Assembly (NCBI GenBank): GCA_036677065.1
Contig: JAKFBS010000008.1
Location: 1 to 64,000 of the forward strand
Reading direction: 5' to 3'
DNA: 64,000 nt
Source: Bdellovibrio sp.
Lineage (GTDB): Bacteria > Bdellovibrionota > Bdellovibrionia > Bdellovibrionales > Bdellovibrionaceae
Below are positions 9,108-19,054 of the stretch, one piece after another (position 1 is the first letter of the stretch; each line of letters opens with the position of its first letter). The position numbers and the translations under genes are program-made. The notes beneath the pieces are model-generated. The model saw only the letters and a program-made list of their open reading frames with translations. It was not told the DNA's origin and did not search any database.

Positions 9108-10097
9108 TTATTCCACTCTTGTTGGAGTAATAATAATATCAACGCGACGATTAGCCGCGCGGCCTTCTTTGGTTAAATTAGAGGTTACTGGATTGGTGGC
9201 GCCTAAACCTTGATATTCAATCTGATCCTGCGTGATGGCTTCGCCTGAAAGTAAATAATCTGCGACCGCTTCAGCGCGGGCTTCAGAGATTTTTTGATTT
9301 AACGCAGGGCTGCCGGTTGAATCGGTAAAGCCTTCGATTTTAACTTGCTCTTGATTCATCGAAGTTAAAATTTGTTTTACTTTGTCTAAAGCCGGCATAA
9401 CTTCGTCAGTAATTTTAGCTTGGCCAGGAGCAAAGTTGCTGCCGATTAAGCGCACCACGATTTTTTCGCCATCGCGCATGACTTCAGCCATTTTTGGATC
9501 GAAATTAAGTTCTGCAAGGGCTGCTGCTGTTGGGTCAGTATTTTGCCGTGCGGCCATAGCGCGACTTTGCAGGCTGTAGTATTTGTTTTTAAAAGCTTCG
9601 TTTTCGCTAAAAGAGAAATACTCTTTATTTGGTTTGTGATCTTTAATCGCTTTTTTGAGTTCCCAGTCGGTACGTTGAAACTCACTCGGAGAATTTTCAA
9701 GGGCGCCGGCTTTTAACGCCATTTTGCGGGCATTTAGAATACCACTGATTTCACCGCGTGCTTCTTGTTGTTGGCTAAGCGCATACTCTAGGTTTCCGCG
9801 CGCATCGCCAACAGTTTCAAGGATTTTCTTTTCTGATTTACCTTCAGTTTCCATTTTTCGGGCTTCGGCTAATTTTCTTTTAGCCACTGCGAAATAGTTT
9901 GGTGAAGTGATATCAACTTGATTTAATTCACCTTGCTGAATATCAGCTTCTAAGCGACTCAGTTCAACACTCGGATTTGTGCCTTTAGGAAATTGCACAC
10001 GATAAGCTTTATTCGCACATCCTGAAAAACTAATCAGCACGTAGAACAAAGCGATTAAGGTAAAATTTAAATTGATATGAGTCTTTAAAGAACGCAT
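9108..10097 (-). CDS. OmpA-family lipoprotein (probable start 10097)
   Basis: SD aggag before MRSLKTH; lipobox FSGC; C-terminal IEGFTDSTG...NQKISEARAEAV...NRRVDI. Confidence 0.85.
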   Translation of the reverse strand: MRSLKTHINLNFTLIALFYVLISFSGCANKAYRVQFPKGTNPSVELSRLEADIQQGELNQVDITSPNYFAVAKRKLAEARKMETEGKSEKKILETVGDARGNLEYALSQQQEARGEISGILNARKMALKAGALENSPSEFQRTDWELKKAIKDHKPNKEYFSFSENEAFKNKYYSLQSRAMAARQNTDPTAAALAELNFDPKMAEVMRDGEKIVVRLIGSNFAPGQAKITDEVMPALDKVKQILTSMNQEQVKIEGFTDSTGSPALNQKISEARAEAVADYLLSGEAITQDQIEYQGLGATNPVTSNLTKEGRAANRRVDIIITPTRVE

Positions 10098-10179
10098 GGC
10101 GGTCTCCTTATAGTAAATGACAGGGATATGATCCATGCAAGAGAGGTTGCATAGATCATATCCCTGTGGGGAAGTGGTA

Positions 10180-10362
10180 TTAGGGAAGGTAATCCTGACG
10201 TCTTCCGCCGATGAGACTCGCAACAAAGCTGATTGCAGCAAGAATTAGGAAAACAGCCAGTAATACGCGTCCGATTTCCATAGAAACCCCGGCAAAACCA
10301 GTAGCTCCAAAAAGAATGGCCACTAAAGCCAACACAAAGAATGTGATTGCGGCTCTTAACAT
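10180..10362 (-). CDS. DUF1328 (YtjA-like) small membrane protein
   Basis: MLRAAITFFVLALVAILFGATGFAG pattern typical of DUF1328. Confidence 0.85.
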   Translation of the reverse strand: MLRAAITFFVLALVAILFGATGFAGVSMEIGRVLLAVFLILAAISFVASLIGGRRQDYLP

Positions 10363-10407
10363 AAGGTACCTCCAATAGATTTTTAGTTGAACGGTCTCTT
10401 ATGTAAT

Positions 10408-10423
10408 TGCAAGTGTGCAACCA
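10408..10423 (-). promoter_or_regulatory. sigma54 (-24/-12) promoter
   Basis: Minus strand TGGTTGC-ACAC-TTGCA upstream of the DUF1328/OmpA/Hpt genes. Confidence 0.55.
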
Positions 10424-10510
10424 AAGCCTTTGCCGCTTAAAGCGCAAGGGGTGTGCTTCACAAAACTAGTTGTGGTGAAATTCCTGAATTTTGAGGCGAA
10501 ACGCTACGGC

Positions 10511-11317
10511 TTATTTTGTCGCCGTAGCTCGCACATATGAATAAAAGAAAACTGAGTTTTTAGATTTTTTTACAATTTCTACTTCAGATTTCATTTGCTT
10601 GATTAATTGCGGGCTTACCCGTTTTTTTTCGATCAGTGTTTGTTCGGCACTTAACAGAATATCAAAGAAAAAATCGATAAAGGCCGCTCGTTTTTCAGGT
10701 TCACGGGCGTCGAAATGAAATGGGCGAATTTCAACATTAATATTTTTGAAACCCGAAGCTTTTAATAAATTTCCTAATTGGGCGCCGACAAACGGGTGGC
10801 CTTTGATTTCCCATTGGTAATCATTAAATTCAAACCAATATTTTAAATACGCCGGTGAATAGGGCTCCATAAATAGACTGTGGTTGAAAACTTCAGAGAT
10901 ATAAACTTTGCCGCCGGGCTTTAAATTTTTATAGACATTTTTTAAAACCAATAATGGATCAGGAACATGTTCTAAGAACCAACATACAAAAGCCGCATCG
11001 TAATCAGTTTTGCTGAGTTTCATTTTTTGTGCGTCTTGTTGTTGTAGGGTAACACGGCCTGATTTAATTTCTTTGGCTAAGTATTTACTGGCTGTTTTTA
11101 ACTGTGCTTGCGATAAATCAATGCCATCGATTTGTAATTTCGGAAACCGACGACAAAGAATTTGGGTTTGCGCGCCGACACCGCAGCCGACTTCTAATAG
11201 GTTTTGAGTAAATTCTAAATCAACACCTTGATATATATAGGGTTCTAAAAAATCAGCCTGATAAATTAAGCGATCCTGCTCTTTTTTTTCAAAACCGTGA
11301 ATATATTTTTGTGGCAT
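10511..11317 (-). CDS. Class I SAM-dependent methyltransferase
   Basis: LLEVGCGVG motif I, IDLS, LKPGG. Confidence 0.9.
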   Translation of the reverse strand: MPQKYIHGFEKKEQDRLIYQADFLEPYIYQGVDLEFTQNLLEVGCGVGAQTQILCRRFPKLQIDGIDLSQAQLKTASKYLAKEIKSGRVTLQQQDAQKMKLSKTDYDAAFVCWFLEHVPDPLLVLKNVYKNLKPGGKVYISEVFNHSLFMEPYSPAYLKYWFEFNDYQWEIKGHPFVGAQLGNLLKASGFKNINVEIRPFHFDAREPEKRAAFIDFFFDILLSAEQTLIEKKRVSPQLIKQMKSEVEIVKKSKNSVFFYSYVRATATK

Positions 11318-11320
11318 GGG

Positions 11321-12163
11321 TTATTCCTTTAGACTGTGTAAAATGCTCTCAATAAAAATCTGGCCGCGTTTGACTTTACGAAACTCTTGTTTGTAAACCA
11401 AACAGATCTTATCAGAGAACTGCGGTGCGCCTTTAACTTTTTCGTAGCTTTGCTGTTCATAAATTTGTAAAACCCGTTCTGGAACGATGCCGCAACCAAC
11501 GCCTTGAGCCACAAGATTGGCAATAACTTCTAAACTTGACGATTCGATAACGCGTTTAAAGTTGAACCCCTTTTTATTTAATTTTTGCAAAATATCCTGG
11601 GTTTGTAAAAGACTGGGTTCGATGATCAACACATCATCATTTTGGCAGTTCTTGGCTTTCCATAAGCAAACTTCATCGCGACAAATCTCTTTAATAATCA
11701 AATCGGGATGGGGCGCAGGATTCACCGCAAAGGCTGCATCTAATACCGAACTGACTACTTGTTCAGTCATATAGCGCGATAAACCGTGAGTCAGTTGCAC
11801 TTCAATCGCCGGATTTTTTTTCAAGAAAGAGCCCAGAAAACTCAGCGAATATTGCGCGACTGCTGAATGAACCCCAAGCTTAATAACTCCCTGCGGGGTT
11901 TCTATATCATCTGAGATATTTTGTTTGAGGTTTTCCCATTGTTGAATCATCGAGTTAGCCGATTGTTTTAACTTTGTGCCGGCAGGGGTAAGCTGCACCC
12001 CTTTTTTAGAACGTAAAAAAAGCTGGCAGTTTAAATCTGACTCTAAACGTTTTACGCAGTGGCTTAACGCTGGCTGGGTGATGCCCAAACGCTCAGAGGC
12101 TCTGGTCAAGTGCAGGGTTTGTGATAGTTCTAAAAAGTATTTAAGGTCGGTTTGGTTAATCAT
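11321..12163 (-). CDS. LysR-family transcriptional regulator
   Basis: N-terminal HTH LTRASERLGITQPALS; divergent from the dioxygenase gene. Confidence 0.95.
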   Translation of the reverse strand: MINQTDLKYFLELSQTLHLTRASERLGITQPALSHCVKRLESDLNCQLFLRSKKGVQLTPAGTKLKQSANSMIQQWENLKQNISDDIETPQGVIKLGVHSAVAQYSLSFLGSFLKKNPAIEVQLTHGLSRYMTEQVVSSVLDAAFAVNPAPHPDLIIKEICRDEVCLWKAKNCQNDDVLIIEPSLLQTQDILQKLNKKGFNFKRVIESSSLEVIANLVAQGVGCGIVPERVLQIYEQQSYEKVKGAPQFSDKICLVYKQEFRKVKRGQIFIESILHSLKE

Positions 12164-12252
12164 TAATATTAGTTATCATACCTAAACATAACTTTCATTA
12201 TATTTATTATTGTTTTTTCAGTACTTCTAATTTTAAGAAGGAAGTGTTCAAA

Positions 12253-12915
12253 ATGAAAAGACGTGAACTTATTAAAAATGGCCTGTTATCTTCTTTATCA
12301 GTATTTGCATTTGCTCGCGTAGTTAAAGCGGAGGATGTGATGTGCGTTAATGGATTAACACCCAAACAAGTTGAAGGACCATTTTATCCTATCGTGGATC
12401 AGGTCGATAAAGACGGCGATTTAGTTTACATTAAAGGAAGTTCAACTCAAGCCCTTGGTGAAATCGTGATCGTTGAAGGTATTGTAACCGATCAAAACTG
12501 TACGCCGGTAAAAAATGCGCTGGTTGAAATTTGGCAAGCTTGCCACTCGGGCAGATACAATCATGCTGCCGATCCAAATACGGCAGAGCTTGACCCGAAT
12601 TTTCAATACTGGGGTAAAGCCATTACTGATGAAAAAGGGTTCTATCGTTTTAGAACAATTATTCCGGGCGCTTATCCAGCAGATACAGGTTGGGATCGTC
12701 CGCCGCATATTCATTTTAAGATTTCAGCGTTACGTCACCGTGAATTAATCACGCAGATGTATTTTGCCGGGCACGACTTGAATAGCAAAGATTTAATTCT
12801 TCAGGATTTAAGTGCGGCAGACCAGGAAAAAGTGATTGTAGATTTTAAAGAGCGTACTGATCAGCTACACCCCGTTGGCCAGTTTAATATTCAGATCAGA
12901 AAATTAACAAAATAA
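12253..12915 (+). CDS. Intradiol ring-cleavage dioxygenase-like protein with Tat signal
   Basis: MKRRELIK twin-Arg signal; EGPFY, VEIWQA, GRY, PGAY and RPPHIHF iron-ligand motifs. Confidence 0.9.
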   Translation: MKRRELIKNGLLSSLSVFAFARVVKAEDVMCVNGLTPKQVEGPFYPIVDQVDKDGDLVYIKGSSTQALGEIVIVEGIVTDQNCTPVKNALVEIWQACHSGRYNHAADPNTAELDPNFQYWGKAITDEKGFYRFRTIIPGAYPADTGWDRPPHIHFKISALRHRELITQMYFAGHDLNSKDLILQDLSAADQEKVIVDFKERTDQLHPVGQFNIQIRKLTK

Positions 12916-12931
12916 AACAAAGGAGTTTTAT

Positions 12932-13390
12932 ATGAAAAAATTTATTTTAGCTGTGGTTTTATTAACAGCGACAACAGTATACGGACAAGGCGAGACGATT
13001 ATCTCTAAAAAAACGGTTCAGCTAGAAGTTGATCTTTCAACAACTGGCATCCGCTCTAGTAACTTAGGATATGGCGATACGTTTTTTGTAAAGATTTTGG
13101 TTCCAGGTTTAGCTAAAGAAACTATGTTAAACCACCGTAACGAAGGCGAAAGTGCACCGTGCTTAGCCACTTACGAGACTTTTACTGTAGAAGATGTAGT
13201 TAAAGGTAATCCAGCAAAAGAAATTCATGATTTTGAAATCGTGCAAAAGAAACTGCTTTACCCGAATACGACTGATAAAACGTGCGATGTTTACTTAGTT
13301 GAAACCGTTGCAACAACTGTACGTGGATTTAAATTCATTCATGATCGTTCAATCGAACTACCTAAGCGTCATATTGACGATTGCCAGTAA
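12932..13390 (+). CDS. Secreted hypothetical protein
   Basis: SD aaggag, signal peptide MKKFILAVV; no recognised domain. Confidence 0.7.
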   Translation: MKKFILAVVLLTATTVYGQGETIISKKTVQLEVDLSTTGIRSSNLGYGDTFFVKILVPGLAKETMLNHRNEGESAPCLATYETFTVEDVVKGNPAKEIHDFEIVQKKLLYPNTTDKTCDVYLVETVATTVRGFKFIHDRSIELPKRHIDDCQ

Positions 13391-13444
13391 TATTTAAGAT
13401 TGCCGTAGACGGCTATCTGGTTTCGACGCTAAGATGGCCGTTCT

Positions 13445-14314
13445 ATGAGACAATGTGATCGCAGTTATTTTTTCGGTGAGCCTGGTTATGAAATGCTTGT
13501 TAAAGAATGGGGCGCAGTTGATAAGCCCGTGCTTTTTTTAGTGCATGGTTTTCCCGGTTGTTCAGAACACGGTAAACTTGTTTCAACATCACCGTTATGG
13601 GAATCCTTTCGCCTGATTGCTGTAGATCGTCCTGGTTACGGCGAATCAATAGTGCAAAAAAACTTAACGTTTTTAAAATTTGCCAGCCAAATCAAAAGTC
13701 TTTTTAAAGAACAAAATATTGATAAGTTTTCGATTATTTCAGTCAGCGGTGGCGCACCTTATGCGTTAGCTTTGGCTTACGTGATGAAAGAGCAGGTTTT
13801 AAAACTGACTTCTGTTGGCGGAATTGCTCCGTTAACTTTTAAAAATTTTAAATACATGAATCGTGTGCAAAAGAAAACTTGGTTTGCACAGCAGTTTATT
13901 CCAGATCGTGTATTGCATTTTGGCATGAATCGCGTGTGGGCTCAGGGCTTAGATAAATTAGATGAGACGCTATTTACTGCCGATTTTTCTGAGCCCGATC
14001 GAAAAGTATTTATGGATCCTGAAATTCAGCCCGTGTTATTAGAATCTACGTACATGGCTTTAAAACAAGGGCCAGCCGGTGTGTTACATGATATTAAAAT
14101 TTTAGCTAAAAGCTGGGGTTTTCCGATTCACGAAGTCACTTGCCCGGTTACTTTATGGCACGGCGGTGTTGATGATGTGGTGCACTTGCGTTTTGCGCAA
14201 GATATGCAGGGCTATTTACCACAAGCGACTTTAAATTACTTCGAAGCTGAAGGCCATTATTCAATTTTGTTAAATTGTCGCGATCAGATTTTGTCTGATC
14301 TGTTACAAGCTTAG
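13445..14314 (+). CDS. Alpha/beta hydrolase
   Basis: HGFPG, DRPGYG, nucleophile elbow SVSGG, WHGGVD, EGH. Confidence 0.9.
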   Translation: MRQCDRSYFFGEPGYEMLVKEWGAVDKPVLFLVHGFPGCSEHGKLVSTSPLWESFRLIAVDRPGYGESIVQKNLTFLKFASQIKSLFKEQNIDKFSIISVSGGAPYALALAYVMKEQVLKLTSVGGIAPLTFKNFKYMNRVQKKTWFAQQFIPDRVLHFGMNRVWAQGLDKLDETLFTADFSEPDRKVFMDPEIQPVLLESTYMALKQGPAGVLHDIKILAKSWGFPIHEVTCPVTLWHGGVDDVVHLRFAQDMQGYLPQATLNYFEAEGHYSILLNCRDQILSDLLQA

Positions 14315-15991
14315 CTATAAACTTAAAATCTTTTCTAAAGCTTTATAATTATCTACAACTGATCCTGTTCGGCAAAGTTGATCTAAGTTAACTAATTCTC
14401 CAAATCCAGGTTTCAGCACTTGCAGTGAACTTTTATTGCGCCCATTGCGTAATAAAATTTGACGAATTTCATGCGCCGAAAGCCGTGGATTTTGCGCCCA
14501 GAGCACTGATAAAACTCCGCTCACCATTGGGGCCGCCATGCTCGTGCCGCTTAAAATTGAATAAGTGTTATTCGGTGAAGTCGATGTGATTTCATATCCG
14601 GGCGCGAAAATATCGACGCTTTTTTTTCCGTAATTTGAAAAAGTGGCGACTAAGGCCTGGGTATTATATTTTGAAGAAGCTCCGACTTCGATCCAATTTT
14701 TTATTTCAGCTTGGCTATGAGGGCTTGCGAAATAACGGTTCGGAAAATTTTGTCTTTTATCGTTGTTGTGCGCAAAATTTCCCGAGGCATGAACTAAAAT
14801 TACGCCACGGTCAGCGGCGTATTTAAAGATTTCATCTAGTTTTGACTTGTGCGGAGAATATCTTTTGCCAAAGCTCATGTTAATAATTTTTGCGCCGTTA
14901 TCGACGGCATATTTGACCGCGAAATAAATATCTTTATCGTACTCATCGCCATTTGGTATGGCTCGAATCGCCATTATTTTTGCGTAAGGTGAAACGCCGT
15001 TAATACCTTGGCCATTATTGCGAAGTGCAGCGATTATTCCGGCCACATGCGTGCCATGGAGTGCATCAGGGCCCATGACATCGTTATTGCCATAATTGCC
15101 ATGTGTAAAATTATTTGGGTCATCCTTGATGATTTGTGCGCGTGGGTCAAAACTTTCATTTAAAGCCGTTTCAAGCGCGACCTTAAATGTATTTACGCGG
15201 GTTTGCAGGCGTTCTACAGATTTTGCAAATGTAGAATTAAATTCGACGATGAGTTCTTCTTTGGCCTGCTGTTCAGATTCTCCGGTGGCTTTGAAGGCTT
15301 CGACCGCTTCTAAAGTTAAATGTTCGAAGGGAATATTAATGCGCGCCCCAATTTTATTGTAATATTCTAATAGGCGGTCGATTGCAGCTTGGGTGTATTT
15401 AAGCTGAATACGCATAACGGTGCGATCACCAATGACTTCATAATTTAATTTTTCGTAATATGCCTGGTCAAATTTTGAAAGCATAGCACCTGTTGTAATA
15501 AGATTTGCTTTCAATCTTTTAAGACGCACTAATTCACGTGTGCTTTCTAAGCGTTCATGATTCACATGCACGGCGCGGCCGTGTTCATCATGGCCGCCTA
15601 AAAAATTCCAGCCATTGATATCATCGATATAGCCATTTTGATCGTCGTCAACGCCAGCAAGGCCTTGGGCTTCTTTTTCATTGACCCATATGCGACCTTG
15701 CAGATCGGGATGGTTTAAATCAAAACCTCCATCAATCACGGCGACAAGAATTTGCTTAGCTTTTGGATTTAAATTTAAAGTTTTCAAAGCTCGTTCAATA
15801 TCAACACCCTCAACGTTATCTTTGGGCCCTTTCGTGAACCAGTTTTCAATTTTATTGGGATCAGTTTCGTTGTCTAACGGGCGTAAGACTCCGCGTGGGT
15901 CTAAATCACTGGGCTTTGGCGGTGGTGTTTCTTTTTTGCTGCAGGCGGTGATGAGGCAGGTCGCAATGAACATCAAAACTAATTTGTGCAT
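14315..15991 (-). CDS. S8 subtilisin-family serine protease lipoprotein
   Basis: Lipobox ITAC; catalytic motifs VAVIDGG, HGTHVAG, SGTSMAAP. Confidence 0.95.
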   Translation of the reverse strand: MHKLVLMFIATCLITACSKKETPPPKPSDLDPRGVLRPLDNETDPNKIENWFTKGPKDNVEGVDIERALKTLNLNPKAKQILVAVIDGGFDLNHPDLQGRIWVNEKEAQGLAGVDDDQNGYIDDINGWNFLGGHDEHGRAVHVNHERLESTRELVRLKRLKANLITTGAMLSKFDQAYYEKLNYEVIGDRTVMRIQLKYTQAAIDRLLEYYNKIGARINIPFEHLTLEAVEAFKATGESEQQAKEELIVEFNSTFAKSVERLQTRVNTFKVALETALNESFDPRAQIIKDDPNNFTHGNYGNNDVMGPDALHGTHVAGIIAALRNNGQGINGVSPYAKIMAIRAIPNGDEYDKDIYFAVKYAVDNGAKIINMSFGKRYSPHKSKLDEIFKYAADRGVILVHASGNFAHNNDKRQNFPNRYFASPHSQAEIKNWIEVGASSKYNTQALVATFSNYGKKSVDIFAPGYEITSTSPNNTYSILSGTSMAAPMVSGVLSVLWAQNPRLSAHEIRQILLRNGRNKSSLQVLKPGFGELVNLDQLCRTGSVVDNYKALEKILSL

Positions 15992-16002
15992 ATCGGCTCC
16001 GC

Positions 16003-16212
16003 TTATTGAGTAGGTTCCATAGGTCGAGCTGGTTGGGTTTCTTCTACGTTGGCTGGAGTTGTGCCTGGTAAGTAGGGATACAGCGATTTCATTTGGCTTA
16101 CGACATACACTAAGACCATCGCCGCAAGCACGGTTAACACAATCCCGAAATACAATTGGCGCGCGAATTTGCGTTCTTTGCGAAGATTACCGTAGGTTGA
16201 TGAATGGCGCAT
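16003..16212 (-). CDS. Small single-TM hypothetical protein
   Basis: Strong SD aaggagg; one hydrophobic helix. Confidence 0.6.
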   Translation of the reverse strand: MRHSSTYGNLRKERKFARQLYFGIVLTVLAAMVLVYVVSQMKSLYPYLPGTTPANVEETQPARPMEPTQ

Positions 16213-16380
16213 AAAAGCCTCCTTACGCTAGAGTATTTATGAGATGCAAAATTGGGGCATAGGTGTTGCTGGGCAATCTGCCCCAGTTGCTCTATTTTGA
16301 AGCGCAGTTCTAACTTTAAAAAAATACATAAATTCTTGACGAAAATTTATTCGTTTCACTGTGAATGACGAACTTTTTAT

Positions 16381-16406
16381 CAGTGTCTAAAAACTTTTAG
16401 ACACTG
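16381..16406. promoter_or_regulatory. Perfect 12-bp inverted repeat (candidate operator)
   Basis: cagtgtctaaaa-ac-ttttagacactg in a divergent intergenic region. Confidence 0.45.
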
Positions 16407-16519
16407 GTGTTGCGTAGGCTTTTTCAGCTGCAATATAGAAATCTCATTCTAAGAACCCTGTCATTACCACAGGTTACAAAGGGGGCTGTTTTGGTCTTCA
16501 ATTTGAACCTATTTATACT

Positions 16520-17239
16520 ATGGATTTTACAAAAATCAGGCATTGCTTTATTTTAAGAAACTCAAAGAAATTACTTTCTTTACTTTTAGTTATTTACTGT
16601 TCTAACTTTTCTGTGAGCTGTAACCACAAGGCTGTAGATCCTGATATGCAAATCTCAGAAAAAATTCGCGAAAAACATGCGAAAGAATTACTAAAATCAA
16701 AATACAATGCAGCTAATTTTAAAGAGTTTTCTGGCGATAAAGAATTTGCCGTGTATATGAAATCCTATCTGCAGGCGGCTAACCCGAAATTGAGTTCTGA
16801 TCGTTTTATAAAAGCCGTGATCGCTGAAAGTAAACAATACGAATATGATCCGATTTTTCTAATGGCCGTGATTAAGACCGAAAGTCAGTTTAACGAAAAA
16901 GCCATCGGCACTGCCGGCGAGATTGGTCTGATGCAAATTAAACCAGATACCGCTGCATGGATTTGTAAGAAAAAAGGCGTTAAATGGAAAGGCGCGCAAG
17001 CTTTAAAGAACCCTGAATATAATGTAAAAATCAGTGCGCTGTATTTTAAATATTTAAAAAAGACTTTAAACTCAAAATCAAATCGTTATGTGAACGCTTA
17101 TAATATGGGAATCGGAAAGTTAGCGCGCACGCCGGCAGAAGATGTATCAGCGCATCCTTACTATCATAAGGTGATAAAAAACTACACCGAGATCTATGAC
17201 GAATTAAAAAAGATCAAAGCCAAACGTTCAAAAGCTTAA
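16520..17239 (+). CDS. Lytic transglycosylase (SLT domain)
   Basis: AVIKTESQF, IGLMQI and AYNMG motifs. Confidence 0.9.
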   Translation: MDFTKIRHCFILRNSKKLLSLLLVIYCSNFSVSCNHKAVDPDMQISEKIREKHAKELLKSKYNAANFKEFSGDKEFAVYMKSYLQAANPKLSSDRFIKAVIAESKQYEYDPIFLMAVIKTESQFNEKAIGTAGEIGLMQIKPDTAAWICKKKGVKWKGAQALKNPEYNVKISALYFKYLKKTLNSKSNRYVNAYNMGIGKLARTPAEDVSAHPYYHKVIKNYTEIYDELKKIKAKRSKA

Positions 17240-17313
17240 GCTTGTTTACGTTCTAATATACCCCAAAATTTAAATTCCAACTTATTCTATACCGCTTTAA
17301 AGCTTTATCATTA

Positions 17314-17329
17314 TGGCGTGATGGTTGCT
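17314..17329 (+). promoter_or_regulatory. sigma54 (-24/-12) promoter
   Basis: TGGCGTG-ATGG-TTGCT, about 35 nt upstream of ATG 17364. Confidence 0.7.
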
Positions 17330-17363
17330 TTTGTCATAAACAGAATTATTCATCGAGGTTTAT

Positions 17364-17969
17364 ATGAAACGGTTTTTAACATTTATGATTTTTTTAGGAG
17401 GATTTTTTCTAACTCCAACAATATATGCCCAAAGTGGATTTTTTCTTGAACCGATGATCACCTATCAAAATATGAAAGCAGATATTGAATATCCGAATAC
17501 TTTTTTAAGTGATTCATCAGGCGAGATTAAAGGCACGGGCTTGGGGCTTCGTGCTGGCGGGCATGTGTTAGACACAGTTTTTCTGGCAGCCGATCTGCGA
17601 TATTCGCAACCGAAATATCAAGACAGTAACTTTGAAGCGGACGCAAAAGCGCAAAATTACGGTGTGGTGTTGGGCTTACAAATGCCGATTGCGGGTTTAC
17701 GTCTGTGGGGATCATATATTGTCGACGGAAATCTAGATCCCAAAGAAGATCAAAGCGTAGATTTAAAATTTACCAAAGCCCAAGGTTATCGGCTTGGCGC
17801 CGGTATTCACGTGGCGATGTTTAGTGTGAACATTGAATATCAAGATGTGAAATACAAATCGACCGAGCTAGAAAAGGTAGGACCTTTTAACAATGTAAAT
17901 GCACAAGACAGTATCGAGCTCACTGAATCTGGCTTAGTGGCCAGTGTAAGTTTTCCGATAAGTTTTTAA
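17364..17969 (+). CDS. Small outer-membrane beta-barrel protein
   Basis: Signal peptide, alternating beta-strand pattern, C-terminal Phe. Confidence 0.7.
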   Translation: MKRFLTFMIFLGGFFLTPTIYAQSGFFLEPMITYQNMKADIEYPNTFLSDSSGEIKGTGLGLRAGGHVLDTVFLAADLRYSQPKYQDSNFEADAKAQNYGVVLGLQMPIAGLRLWGSYIVDGNLDPKEDQSVDLKFTKAQGYRLGAGIHVAMFSVNIEYQDVKYKSTELEKVGPFNNVNAQDSIELTESGLVASVSFPISF

Positions 17970-17987
17970 CAACAAGAGGAGTATTTT

Positions 17988-18248
17988 ATGAATCAATCTC
18001 AAGTCGCAGGAAAATGGAAAGAAATTAAAGGCGAAATCAGAAAAGCCTGGGGTAATTTAACAGATGATGAAATCGAACAAACAAAAGGTAACATGGAATC
18101 CATCTCTGGATTGATCCAGCAAAAGTTTGGTTTAACTAAAGAGCAAGCTTCTGAAAGATTAAATAGAGTTTACAGTAAGTTTGAAAATACGGCTGAAGAC
18201 GCTAAAGATAAATTACGTGAATCCAATGAGCGTGATCGTTTGAATTAA
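17988..18248 (+). CDS. csbD: CsbD/YjbJ-family stress protein
   Basis: GKWKEIKGEIRKAWGNLTDD...GLIQQKFG motif. Confidence 0.9.
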   Translation: MNQSQVAGKWKEIKGEIRKAWGNLTDDEIEQTKGNMESISGLIQQKFGLTKEQASERLNRVYSKFENTAEDAKDKLRESNERDRLN

Positions 18249-18269
18249 GAATTGTTTAAATGCAATGAT

Positions 18270-18310
18270 ACCGATAGTCATGAGGGGCCTTGGGCTATCG
18301 GTGTTTTTTT
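18270..18310 (+). terminator. Intrinsic terminator
   Basis: accgatagtc / ggctatcggt stem followed by a T run. Confidence 0.65.
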
Positions 18311-18406
18311 AGGTGAACATTTGGCTTCCACCTAGTTTTCAATTGGCTGAAATTCTTAGCCCAATCATGACTTTGCTTTTACTTGTAGCATAGGGTTTTA
18401 CTCGCT

Positions 18407-19054
18407 ATGCAAGCAGCTAGACATGAAACCGCAAAAATTCTTAAACAAGTGATGTGGATCAATTATTCGGTTTTTTTCATCGAATTTATCTGCGGCTATT
18501 ATGCAAAATCAACGGCGCTGATGGCGGATTCATTAGATTTATTAGGTGATGCCGCAATCTATGGAATCAGTTGGTATGCGTTGACGCAAGGGCCTTTGTG
18601 GAATGTGCGCGCTGGTTTTTTTAAAGGTTTAGTGATGGCGATGTTTGGTTGTTTTGTTTTAGGTCAAGCCGTGTATCGCGCAATTTCTGGAACAGTTCCT
18701 TTCTCATTAACTGTGACAGGTATTGGTCTTTTAGCGTTGTTCGCCAATGCGGTTTGCATGATGTTTTTATTTAAATATCGTGAGGCCGATATGAATATGC
18801 GTTCGACCTGGTTGTGTTCACGTAATGATATTTTTGCAAATATCGGCGTGTTAATCTCTGCAGGTCTAGTGGCGTTAACAGGATCAGGAATGCCCGATGT
18901 AATCATCGGCTTTGCTATCGCTGCTTTGTATTTAAAAACAGCTTATGATGTCATTAGCGAAGCTTATTTAGCACATTCGATTTCGATTAATTCATCGCGC
19001 GTCCAGATCGCAAGAATTAATGGGGTCGCATCGCTGATCGGGCCTTCAGAATAA
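18407..19054 (+). CDS. Cation diffusion facilitator (TM domain only)
   Basis: STALMADSLD and NMRSTWLCSRND motifs; no cytoplasmic CTD. Confidence 0.85.
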   Translation: MQAARHETAKILKQVMWINYSVFFIEFICGYYAKSTALMADSLDLLGDAAIYGISWYALTQGPLWNVRAGFFKGLVMAMFGCFVLGQAVYRAISGTVPFSLTVTGIGLLALFANAVCMMFLFKYREADMNMRSTWLCSRNDIFANIGVLISAGLVALTGSGMPDVIIGFAIAALYLKTAYDVISEAYLAHSISINSSRVQIARINGVASLIGPSE

